From Anaeramoeba ignava BMAN (taxonomy: Eukaryota > Protista > Anaeramoebae): a stretch of DNA of 64,000 nt. The DNA is taken from assembly GCA_028826165.1 (NCBI GenBank), contig JAPDFW010000004.1:1-64000 (forward strand), written 5' to 3'. Numbering within the stretch: the stretch's first letter is position 1; every line of letters starts with the position of its first letter. The position numbers and the translations under genes are program-made. The notes below the pieces were generated by a model that was not told where the DNA came from, made no database searches, and saw only the letters and a program-made list of their open reading frames with translations. This document shows, one piece after another, positions 36,654 to 49,100 of the stretch.

Positions 36654-39600
36654 TTAATTGTTTTTTAATTTTACTAAAATCAATTTTCCTCTTTCTTGAA
36701 TAAGTTGATTTTCTGGGAAATTTTCCATTGCTTTTTTGATAACTTCAATTCCTTTTAAATTCTTTATTTCAATTTGATTTTCTATTTCTATTTTTATTTT
36801 GGAAATAAATTTGATTTTGATTAATAAATGATTAAATGATTAAATTAGTTTTAATTTATTTTTTTATCTTCATTACCAGCAATATTCAATAAAGCTCCAC
36901 ATCCATTTACTTGAATAATTTCATTTTTTGAAAATTTGTCCATTGCTTTAATAATAGGTTCAATTCCATTTAATTTTTTAATTTCAATTTGATTTTCTAT
37001 TTTTATTTTTATTTTCAGTTTAATTTTTAGTTTTGAAATTCAAAAAAAAATAAAGAAAAATATTATTTGGATTTTGATTGATTTATTTATTTATTTACCA
37101 TCATTTTTAGCAATATTCAATAAAGCACCACATCCATTTCCTTGTATATCTTTATTATCTGGGAATTTATTCATTGCTTTAATAATAGGTTCAATTCCTT
37201 TTAATTTCCTGATCTCAATTTTGTTTCTTATTTTTATTTTTGAAATAAATTTGATATTGATGTTTATTCTTTATTTTTTTTTATATTTACCATTATTAGC
37301 AGCAATATTCAATAAAGCCCAACATCCATTATATTGAATACCTTGATTATCTGGGAATTTATCCATTGCATTAATAATAGGTTCAATTCCATTTAATTTT
37401 TTAATTTCAATTTGATTTTCTATTTTTATTTTTATTTTGGAAATAAATTTGATTCTGATTAATAAATGATTAAATGATTAAATTAGTTTTAATTTATTTT
37501 TTTATTTACCATCATTACCAGCAATATTCAATAAAGCTCCACATCCATTTACTTGAATAATTTGATTATCTGGGAATTTATTCATTGCTTTAATAATAGG
37601 TTCAATTCCATTTAATTTCCTGATCTCAATTTGATTTTCTATTTTTATTTTTATTTTTAATTTAATTTTTGAAATTCAAAAAAAAATAAAGAAAAATATT
37701 ATTTGGATTTTGATTTATTTATTTATTTACCATCATCTTTAGAAATATTCCATAAAGCTCCACATCCATTTTCTTGTATATCTTCATTATCTGGGAATTT
37801 ATTCATTGCTTTAATAATAGGTTCAATTCCATTTAATTTCCTGATCTCAACTTTGTTTTCTATTTTTAATTTTATTTTTATTTTTTTGGAAATGATTAAT
37901 TAATTATTTTTTTTGATTTATATTTATTAATTACCTTTATCCTTAACAGCAATATTCAATAAAGCCCAACATCCATTAAATTGAATAAGTTGATTATTTG
38001 GGAAATTATTCATTGTTTTAATAATAGGTTCAATTCCTTTTAAATTCCTGATCTCAACTTTGTTTTCTATTTTTAATTTTTTGATTATTTTTTGATTATT
38101 TTTGTTTTTATTAATTTATATTTTTATATTTACCAGTATTAGCAGCAATACTCCATAGAGCTAAACATCCATTTTCTTGAATAGCTTCGTTATTTGAGTA
38201 ATTATTCATTGCTTTAATAATAGGTTCAATTCCTTTTAATTCTCTAATTTGATTTTGGTTTTCTATTTTCTATTTTTATTTTTATATTAATTTTCATTTT
38301 CATTTTCATTTTCATTTTCATTTTCATTTTCATTTTCATTTTCATTTTGATTTTATGGTTTTAATTAATTTAATATTTATATTAATTTGATATTTGGATT
38401 TTATATTTACCTTTATTACGAACAGCAATATTCAATAAAGCTCCACTTGCTTTATATTGAATATCTTGATTATTGGAGAATTTATCCATTGCTTTAATAA
38501 TAGGTTCAATTCCATTTAATTTTTTAATCTCATTTTGATTTTCTATTTTTATTTTTATATTTTTATTTTTTGATAATTTTTGGATTTTGGAAATGAATAT
38601 TTTTTCTTCTAATTTTTTTTACTTGAATTAAGAGCAATATTAATTAAAATTGAAATAGATTTTTCTTGAATAATTTGATTATCTGGGAATTTATCCATTG
38701 CATTAATAATAGGTTCAATTCCTTTTAAATTAGAAATTTCTGTTCCTTTTAATTTTCGATTTTCAATTTCTTCACCTTTTTGTTTTGTTTTGTTTTGTTT
38801 TGTTTTATTATTTTGTTTGGAAAAGAAGAATAATAAATAAAAAGAAAAGAAAACAGATTTAATTTTCTTTTTCATTTTGTTAAAAATAATTTAATTTACT
38901 TTTTAATCCTCCTGAAAATATTAATAAAGCTTCAGATGATTTAATTTGAATATCTTCATTATTTGGAAAATTATTCATTGAATTAATAAGAGGTTCGATT
39001 GCATTAATTTTTTTAATTTCCATTGGATTATCTTTAAATTCCCAATTATTATTATTATTTTTAATATTATTTTTTTAATATCATTTCAAAAAATCAAATC
39101 AAGTTTTAAAATAAAGAATATTTACCTTCATTTTCTTTTGCAAATTTTTGTAAAATAGAACATCCATTTTGTTGAATACCTTCATTTGTTCGAAAATTAT
39201 TCATACATTCAGCAATAAAAGGAACATCAATTCCAATTAATTCTTGTGTTTTTGCTTTTTTTTTTAAAAATAAAATATCAAATAAATAAAATGATTTGAT
39301 TAAATTTTCTTTTTTTAATTTTGTTTTTGATTTACTCTTATCATGTTGTTGAATTGAATTTGAAAGTTCTTGTAAAAAAATTATTGCTTTTTCTGGTGAT
39401 TGAAGAATTTTTATTTTTGATTTTTCTTCATCAATTTTTTTTTGAATATTTTTGATTTCTTCATCAATTTGTTTAAAATATTCAATTTTTTTTAATTCAA
39501 TTTCATTTTTAAATTCTTGAATTATTTTTTCAATTTCAATTTCGTTTAATTTTTCAATTTGAATTTTCATTTCTTGGATTTTTTTTTCAATTTTTTCCAA

Positions 39601-42270
39601 ATATTTATTTTTTTTTAATTTAATTCTATTTTTCATTTCTTCAATTTCATTTTGATTTTGATTTTGATTTTCATTATTTTGATTTTGATTATTTTGAATT
39701 TGATTTAGATTTTCATTATTTTCATTATTTTCATTATTTTGAATTTGATTATTTTCATTTTGATTTTGATTTTGATTTTCATTATTTTCATGATTTTGAT
39801 TTTCATGATTTTGAATTTGATTATTTTCATTATTATTATTATTTTGATTTTCATTATTTTGAATTTGATTTTCATTATTTTCATGATTTTCATTATTTTC
39901 ATTATTTTGATTTTGATTATTATGATTATTATGATTATTATGATGTTTATGATGTTTATGATGTTTATGATGTTTATGATGTTTATGATGTTTATGATGT
40001 TTATGATGCTTATGAATTGATTTTGATTTTGAATTTGATTTTTGAATTTGATTTTGATTTTGAATGATTTTCATTTTGTTTTTTGTTTTCATCATTTTCA
40101 TTTTCATTTTCATTTTCATTTTCATTTTGATTTTCATTTTGATTTTCATTTTGATTTTGATTTTCATTTTCATTTTTGTTTTCTTGAATAAATTGTTTAA
40201 ATTTTTTAATTTCTTTTTTTCTTTTTTCAAATTCATTTTTAAATTGTTTAATTGTTTCTTCAAATAATTTTAAATCTTCTTCTATTTTTAATTTAGGGAA
40301 ATTTATTAATTCTTGATATTTTTTATCAATTTCTTCCAAATTTGTATTCTTTCTGTTTTTGAATTCATTTTTAGTTTCTTGTATTTTTTTTTGAAATTCT
40401 TCTAAATCTTTTTTTCTATTTTGTTTAAATAATTCTTTCAAATTATTAATCATTTTCTTGAATTCTTCTAAATATTCTTTTTTCATTTTTTCATTTTCAT
40501 TTTGAATAAATTGTTGAAATTTTTCTTCAGTTTCTTTTTCCCATTTTTATATTCTTTTTGAATTTCTTCAATTTCTTTTTTGATTTTTTCTAATTCTTCT
40601 TTTTCTTTTTGTTTTTCAAATTTTTCTTTTTGAGTTGCTTCTTGTTGATCATAAAGTTGTTCAATTTTAGATTTTGTTATTTGATTTTCTTCTTCAAGTT
40701 TTTGAATATTTGAATTTAATAAAATTATCGCATTTTCAATTTGGGAAATTGATTTATTTTTGGTTTGTTGAATTTGGATTTGATTAATTGATTTTGTTTG
40801 TGAAATTTGATTTAATAAAGTTGAAAAATAATTTTCATTTTCCATTTTTTCAATTTTTTCAATTTCAATTTCATTATTTTCTTTTTGATGATTTATTTCA
40901 AAATTGATTAATTTTATCAATTTTTTTTGATGATTTTGATTCCATTTTTGTTTGATTTGTTCAATAATTTGAAATTGGTTTGGAAGATTTTGGTTTAAAG
41001 AAATCAATCCAATAAAATTAGTTATTTGATTTTGATTTAGATATTTTCCAAAATTTGGATTTGAAATAATAAATTGAATATTTTGGAAAATAAATTTTTC
41101 ACAATTTTGTAAAAGATTTTTTGAATTAATTTTTTGAGTTTTGAAATAAATTTCTAAAATATTTTCAATATTAAAAATTGATTGAATTTCAAGTTCAATT
41201 TTGATTTGAATTTCTTTTAATTTAATTTCATTTGCAAATTTAAAATATTCATCAAATTTTTGTTTATCAAATTTAAATTTTCCATTATAAAAAAATTTAA
41301 TAATTGGTTTAACAATTTCAGAATCAAAATTATTAAAATAAATTGAATCTAATTTGCTTTCTTTTCTATTTATCATAAAATATTTTGAACGAGCTTCTAA
41401 AATTGATCTATGACAAGGAATTAAAATTTTATCTTTTCCACAATAAATTTGAAAATCTGAAGTTTCTTCATTTCCAAACATTAAACCAATTTGTTTATTT
41501 GCTTGTTTTATTAAGAATTTATTCAATTTTTTAATTTTGGTTTGAATTTCTTCATTTTCATTTTTTAACTCATTTTGATTTTCATTTTGATTTTCATTTT
41601 GATTTTCATTTTCATTTTGATTTTCATTTTCATTTTCATTTTCATTTTCATTTTCATTTTCATTTTCATTTTCATTTTCATTTTCATTTTCATTTTCATT
41701 TTGATTTTCATTTTGATTTTCATTTTCATTTTCATTTTCATTTTCATTTTCATTTTGATTTTCATTTTCATTTTCATTTTCATTTTGATTTTCATTTTCA
41801 TTTTCATTTTCATTTTCATTTTCATTTTCATTTTCATTTTCATTTTCATTTTCATTTTCATTTTCATTTTCATTTTCATTTTCATTTTCATTTTCATTTT
41901 CATTTATATTTTGATTTTGATTTTGATTTTGATTTTGATTTTCATTTTGATTTTCATTTTGATTTTGATTTTGATTTTGATTTTGATTTTGATTTTCATT
42001 TTCATTTTGATTTTCATTTTGATTTTTGATTTTGATTTTCATTTTCATTTTCATTTTGATTTTGATTTTCATTTTCATTTTCATTTTTTGATTTTGATTT
42101 TGATTTTGATTTTGATTTTGATTTTGATTTTCATTTTCATTTTCATTTTCATTTTCATTTTCATTTTGATTTTTATTTTCATTTTCATTTTCATTTTGAT
42201 TTTGATTTTGATTTTGATTTTCATTTTCATTTTCATTTTGATTTTGATTTTGATTTTGATTTTGATCCAT
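36654..42270 (-). CDS. N/Q/E-rich leader + BTB + coiled coil + ~12 armadillo-like repeats (copy B, convergent with copy A)
   Basis: BTB and coiled coil nearly identical to copy A. ARM exons at 39031-38900, 38775-38623, 38542-38411, 38262-38134, 38066-37935, 37859-37731, 37638-37510, 37419-37291, ~37226-37099, 36996-~36877, 36781-36654. Frameshifts near 40540 and 40050. Confidence 0.78.
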
Positions 42271-42689
42271 CCTTTTGTTTTTGAAATAAAAATATAATAT
42301 TTTAATTAATAATTTATTAATATTATTTTGATTAGTTATGTTTATTAATTATTTTTTAAAAAAAGGAAAAAAAAAAACAAAAAAGGAAAATTAATTTTGT
42401 TATTTGAATAAATAAAATAAATATTTGGGAAATAATAATAAATCAATAATAAAAATAATTTCCTTTTCGTTTTTATTTGGAATTCAATTTAAAATTTAAT
42501 TTTAATTTTTTTTTATTGAAATAATATTAAATTGATAAGTAATTAATAATTATTTCGTTCCTATTTCATTTGTACTTTGTATTTTTATTATTTATTATTT
42601 ATTTTTATTATAAAAAAAAAACAAAAAAATTTTTACTTAATTTAACGAAATTTATTTTTTTTTTGAAAAGAAAAAAATGAATAAAAAAA

Positions 42690-43550
42690 GGGAACGGAAT
42701 AAAGAATAATTAATAATTAAATTAGAAATTAACTATATTTTATATATTTTATTAATATTTCTTTATTTAAAATAATATAAAATAATTCTCAATAATTTAA
42801 TAAAATTAATAAAATCTTTTAATCAATTTATTTCAAAAATGGAATAAAGAATATTAAATAATTAAATTTAAAATTAATTATATTTTATATATTTTATTAA
42901 TATTTCTTTTATTTAAAATAATATAAAATTATTCCCAATAATTTAATAAAATTAATAAAATATTTTAATTAATTTATTTCAAAAACGGAATAAAGAATAA
43001 TTAATAATTAAATTTAAAATTAATCACATTTTTATATATTTTATTAATATTTCTTTATTTAAATTAATATAAAATAATTCTCAATAATTTAAATAAAATT
43101 AATAAAATGTTTTCATTAATTTATTTCAAAAACGGAATAAAAGAATAATTAATAATTAAATTAGAAATTAATCACATTTTATATATTTTATTAATATTTC
43201 TTTATTTAAAATAATATAAAACAATTCCTAATAATTTAATAAAATTAATAAAATATTTTTAATTAATTTATTTCAAAAATGGAATAAAGAATATTAAATA
43301 ATTAAATTAGAAATTAATTATATTTTATATATTTTATTAATATTTCTTTATTTAAAATAATATAAAACAATTCCCAATAATTTAATAAAATTAATAAAAT
43401 CTTTTAATCAATTTATTTCAAAAATGAAATAAAGAATATTAAATAATTAAATTAGAAATTAATTATATTTTATATATTTTATTAATATTTCTTTATTTAA
43501 AATAATATATAACTATTCCCAATAATTTAATAAAATTGAGAAGAAAATTG
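42690..43550. repeat. ~146-bp tandem repeat, ~6 copies (same family as 28007-28580)
   Basis: Same unit recurring near 42823, 42968, 43116, 43262 and 43408, plus a partial first copy. Confidence 0.85.
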
Positions 43551-44345
43551 AAATATTTTAATAAAGATATATATTTAATTTTAATAATATTTAATAATAA
43601 TTTAATTTAGATTTATTTTATTTTAATTTTATATAATATTTTTATTTATTATAATAATATTTTTGATTATTTATTATTTCAATTTTAATTATAATAAAAA
43701 TATATTAAAAAGTGGAATAAATATTTTAATAAAGATAAATATTTAATTTTAATAATATTTAATAATAATTTAATTTAAATTTATTTTATTTTAATTTGAT
43801 ATAATATTTTTATTTATTATATTAATATTTTTAATTATTTATTATTCCAATTTTAATTATAATAAAATATATTAAAAATAAAATTAAAAATTAAAAATTT
43901 TAAATAAATTGAATTTAACATGATTGAATAAGATAAACTTTCTAAAAATAATTTACTAATTATTCTATTTTTGATTTTGATTATAATTTATTAATATTTA
44001 AATATTAATTAATAATAAATTTTATTTAATTTTTTTTATTTTAATATTTTAATTAATGAATTTAAATTTAATTATTATTAATTTCTATTTTCAATTTTTA
44101 TTTTTATTTATTATATTAAAAATATTCAATTTTTTAAAATTTATTATTTTTTTTTTTGGATTATTTTTTATCAATTAAATTTTTAATAAATATTTTAAAT
44201 TAAAATTAAATTATTTAAAATTAAATTTGTTTCTTATTTATTATTTTAAAGAAATTAATTTGATTAAAAGTAAATTAAAATTGAATTAAATTTTGAAAAA
44301 AAAATTAAAAAAAAAAAGTTTGATTTTCTTATTATTAATTAATTT

Positions 44346-46046
44346 TTAAATGAAATAAGTTTCAAGCTCATCAACTTCCCATGAAGAATAAGAACCAGCT
44401 AAATAGCTTTTAGCTTCATTTGAATTATAAGTAATTCCATTAGGTGGATTATAACTATTACCAAAATTTGAATAGCCAGATTGTAAATTAGAATTTAAAT
44501 GAATATCTGGATTTCCAGAATATCCTCCTCCAAAACATGGACCTTTACCTTTCTGTGAATAAATTGCATATTGTTCTTCTCCTTGTTTAATTGTGAACTT
44601 TTCTGGTTTTCTATCCCCTTTATCATTTCTTAATGAAAAAATAAATGCATTTGAATCATTAATGAATCCGACATCTCCTGATTTAAATCCAACTTGAGTA
44701 AAACCTCCAAAAATAAAATTTTGTTTTGTTTTGATAATAACTAATGTTTTTCCTTTCCCATCAACTGCTTTATGCCAATTTTGAGAATTAAATCCATCTC
44801 TTTTTGCTGAATATCCTTTTTTCATTTTAGAAAAAAAATCAATATCATTTATCCATTCTTTTAATTTCTTAACATATTCAATATCTTGAACAATTTTGGA
44901 ATCTTTTTTAATTTTCTGATAACTTTTTTTTAGAAGTTTATCATAACATTTATCTAGAATTGGTTTCGTCTTCTCAATTTGATATTTCAAATTTTGAATT
45001 TCAGATTTCAAACCTTGTATTTCTTTTTCTTTCCTTTGATTTTCATCTTTTAATCCAAAATTTTGTTTTTTTTGTTTTTCATTTTGATTTTGTAAATCTT
45101 GAATTTCTTTTTCTTTATTTTGATTTTCTGATTCAAATGATTTGATTCTTTTATCTCTTCTTTTAATTTTCTTTTCTTTTTCTTTGATTTCTTTGTCTTG
45201 AATTTGAAAAATAGTTCTTTCAAAATGAATTGAAAAAGATTTGGGAAAAAAATCAAATTGTTTTAATTTATCAAAATCTTGTTTTGAAATTGAATCTTTA
45301 TCAAATAATGAAAAAAAAGAATGAAATAATCTTTTCTTTTCAATTCCCTTTCCTTTTAATCTCTCATTTCTTTTTTCAATCCAATTATTTAAAAATTGAA
45401 AAAAATCAAATTGAAAAATTTCTTTTTTTTCTTGTTTAAATTGAATAAATTTGATAATTTCTTCTTTAGTTAAATTGAATAAATTTTCATTATTTTGAAT
45501 TTGGGAAAAATTTTTATTTATTAATTCAAAACATTTTATTTCAATTTCATTTGAATTTAAATTTCGATTTTGGAATAAAAATTGGAAAAAATTTGAATAA
45601 TTAATTGAATTTAAAATTTTTTTTTGAATAATTTCTTTCAATAAATTTAATTTAAAATAAATTGAAATTTCTAATAATTGAATAAGATTTTCTTGATTCT
45701 CAAAAGAAATATTTCCATAATAAATATAACTCAAAATTGATTCCATTTCTTTTTTATTAAATTGATTTAAAAAAATTTTATCAATATCGTTTTTTTCTCT
45801 TAAAAACTTATTAAAAAAAGGAGATCTTGAAAATAAAATTGATTTATGAACTTTAATTTCAAAAGGATTTGATTTATTCTCAACAAAAATTGAAAAATCT
45901 TTAAATGAATTTCCATTTAAAAGGTTTGAATAATCTTTAATTAAATTTTTTGTTACTTTTTTTTCTAAATTTTTCTTTTCATTTTCATTTTCATTTTGAT
46001 TTTGATTTGCATTTTCATTTTGGTTATTATTATTATCATTATCCAT
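44346..46046 (-). CDS. BTB-coiled-coil-TLDc protein, copy 2 (intact, 566 aa)
   Basis: Single ORF with N-terminal BTB and C-terminal TLDc (YSAKRDGF...IFGGFTQ...AFIFSL...GPCFGGG...VDELETY). Confidence 0.9.
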   Translation of the reverse strand: MDNDNNNNQNENANQNQNENENEKKNLEKKVTKNLIKDYSNLLNGNSFKDFSIFVENKSNPFEIKVHKSILFSRSPFFNKFLREKNDIDKIFLNQFNKKEMESILSYIYYGNISFENQENLIQLLEISIYFKLNLLKEIIQKKILNSINYSNFFQFLFQNRNLNSNEIEIKCFELINKNFSQIQNNENLFNLTKEEIIKFIQFKQEKKEIFQFDFFQFLNNWIEKRNERLKGKGIEKKRLFHSFFSLFDKDSISKQDFDKLKQFDFFPKSFSIHFERTIFQIQDKEIKEKEKKIKRRDKRIKSFESENQNKEKEIQDLQNQNEKQKKQNFGLKDENQRKEKEIQGLKSEIQNLKYQIEKTKPILDKCYDKLLKKSYQKIKKDSKIVQDIEYVKKLKEWINDIDFFSKMKKGYSAKRDGFNSQNWHKAVDGKGKTLVIIKTKQNFIFGGFTQVGFKSGDVGFINDSNAFIFSLRNDKGDRKPEKFTIKQGEEQYAIYSQKGKGPCFGGGYSGNPDIHLNSNLQSGYSNFGNSYNPPNGITYNSNEAKSYLAGSYSSWEVDELETYFI

Positions 46047-46187
46047 TTTGTTTTTTGTTTTTTGTTTTTTGTTTTGTTTTTGTGTTTTGTTTTTGTGTTT
46101 TGTTTTATTTTTTTGAAAAGGAAAAAAAATGAAAAAAAAAAACGGAAAAAAAATTTTTGATTTTAAATTTTGAATTTTAAATTTTGA

Positions 46188-49100
46188 TCATTTCTGTTTT
46201 GCTTCAACTCTCATCTTTTTCTGTTTTCCTCTTGTTAAAATCAATCTAAACTCAGGAGATTCAACTTGTTCATTCTTATCATTAAAAAAAGTAACAACAA
46301 AATCAGCATAAGGAGTATTTTTTGGAAGATGGAAAAGAACTCTCAATTTCTTTTTCAAAAAAGAAGGTTCCAAACATTTAGAGATAAAATTTGCATAAAT
46401 AAGCTTTCCATTGAAATTAATATCAGCTACAAGTAAACCATATTTATTCTTGCAATATTCAATGAATTTTTCAATTGAAATATTTGGATGATGAATTTCC
46501 CATTTGTCCCACTTATTGAAATGGAGTTTTTTATCTTTAAAATCAATTACAGAATCATTGATTCTTCCTGGTTCAGAAAGAAACAAAAGAGGAAGTGCAA
46601 TGTTCAGAAACGCGTTTTTAAAATCTGACAAAACAAAATGATATTCAACATTTTTTGAAATTTCGGAACTTTTTTCTAATTGAGAACTTTTTTCATTTTC
46701 TTTTGTGTCAAAATAAGCAAAAGCTCCTTTTCTTCCTCTTTGCCCCCGAAGTGATTTACTTGAAGCTAATTTGAGTAATTCTAAGGAAACAAGACCTGAA
46801 ACTACTGATGTTGTTGTTGCAATTGCGGGAATGATTTTGCCTGCAATTTTCTTTGTCATTAATCTGTTTACTTGTGTTATTCCGTAGTTTTGAGCTCGAA
46901 TCATTGCTGCACAATGAATAAAATCAATATGATGATTAGTTTCGTCGTCTTTTTCAAAATCAAGCGGGAAAACTTCAAGTTCTTTTTGGATTTCGTTTGT
47001 GATGTTTTTCATGATTTCATGCAATCTTTTTAATTCCTCAATTTTGTTATAATTGTCTTCTTCTTTTTCTTTTGCTTCTTTTTCTTTCTCGTCTTTTTCA
47101 TCTTTTTCTTTCTCGTCTTTTTCTGCATTTTCATCAACTTCAATGGGTTTGTTTTTTGGAACAAATTTGGGTATTTTTGTTGTTGAAATGATTTTGTTGA
47201 TTTCTTCTTGAGTTAGCTCTTTTTCTGGTTTGGGAACTTTCCAAACATCAGCCCATAAATAAGCAGAATGAATAATAAAATCCATGTGTAAAGGATCTTT
47301 ATTATTGAAGTATATAATTGAAGGAATTTTTTTTGGAGGAGCCCAACTAAAATAAATTTTCAAATGCATTTTCAAATTTCATGTTTTTGGAATTTTTTTT
47401 AAAAATTTCATGTTTTTGAAAATTTTTTTTTAAAAAATAAATTTTAATTTTTACAATAAAACTCCATCATCAAGAACATGATCTTCAGGAAAAACATGAA
47501 GCAAATTCATAATCTTGTGAGTGAAACTTTTCTCGAACAAATTTCTCGCGAAATGGATGCAATCTTCAAAACTTCTTGGTTTTGATTTCAAAACTTTTGA
47601 CACTTGCCTGACACCTAAAACTTTTGGAGGATCAACATTCATTTGCGAATCATCCTTGTTCTGATTCTGAAGGAAAAACTGGTCAAGAAGTTTAAAAGAA
47701 GAAAGAGCCTGTTTTGCAGCATGAATTTTCATTGAGAAGAGGGTTTCGAATTTATCTCTTGCCCATTCGATAGTGTGTTCAACAGAAGTTGGAAAAGATT
47801 TCAAAGTGCAAAAGGGAACACTTTTTTCAGGAGGATCTCTATGTGATCCATAAGTTTCAGTTATAAAGGGAATAATAACTTCGACATGACCTTTTGTTCC
47901 AAGTGTGCCACTTTCAAGAAGAGGTCTTTGAGAAATCACTGAGCGAGTGTCCATATAGAGTCGAGCGGCGATATTATCAAGAGCGTTAACGATCATGTCA
48001 AGACCCTGAAAGAAATCGTTTGTGTAAACGTTTTCGGATTCGGGACCAACACGAATCACATGCGCCTCGATATTCGAATCCTTGTTCATCTTCAGCACCG
48101 CTTCTCTCGCCACTTGTGATTTAGAGTGGTTGATATCTGCGGGACGGAAGAGAAACTGCCGATTGAGATTCGATTTCTCGATCAAATCGTTGTCAGTAAT
48201 TGTCATTTTGCCAGGTTTGTTGTCGATATCCTTTTGTGTTGCAACGCCCATTAAGGCGAAATTTTTCAACAATTCACATCCAATGGCTCCACAACCAACC
48301 ATAAACAGTCTGAGTGCGCAGACTTTCTTGTGGTGGTTCTTTCCAAGACAAATTACTTGGTGATAATATCGTGTATTTTTGTATTTTTTGATTTCCTCAA
48401 ATCTTTTTGAAATTTCTTGTTTTGTTAGTTGTGATGGAACCATTTCTCTTGCATCATAACACATCCACTGCTTAAGGGGAGTGAATTTATTGCTAATTGC
48501 TTTGATTGCTTCCTGACCAATGAGACCTCCCAAGAAAGCTGAAATTGGGCATAAATATCCCTCAGCAGTGAAGCTTATTTTGTGAAGGAGATCAATATTT
48601 AAAAATTCATCATCTTTTTTTTCTTTTAAATCTTTTAAATCCTTTAATTTTTCTTCTTCTAAATATATTTTTCTTGCAATTTCAATAAAAATATTCCCAT
48701 CTTCTTCACTCCATGCATGTGGATCCCTTCCATATTCTTCCTTGAATTTACTCAATGATTTTAATCCTAACATTAATTGATCCATATCAAATTTTGCTGG
48801 ATCTGCAATAAGAAATTCGGGATTTTTCAACGATTCCGAAAGGGATTTAAAATTCAAATGAGTTCCCATTTTTGATTCACAAAAAATTCCATTTCTTTCA
48901 TATTTATTAAAATTAGTTGAATCAACATCTATTGAAAATTCGGTTCTTGATATCACTTTAACTTGATGTATTTTTTCATCATTATTCAACTCAGTCATGC
49001 CAACAATTCCTGTTAATTTAACATAATCCCCTGTTGAAAATCCATGCGGCTCCAAACAACAAACAATACAGGGGTTTGAATTTGTGATTTCTAAAATTTC

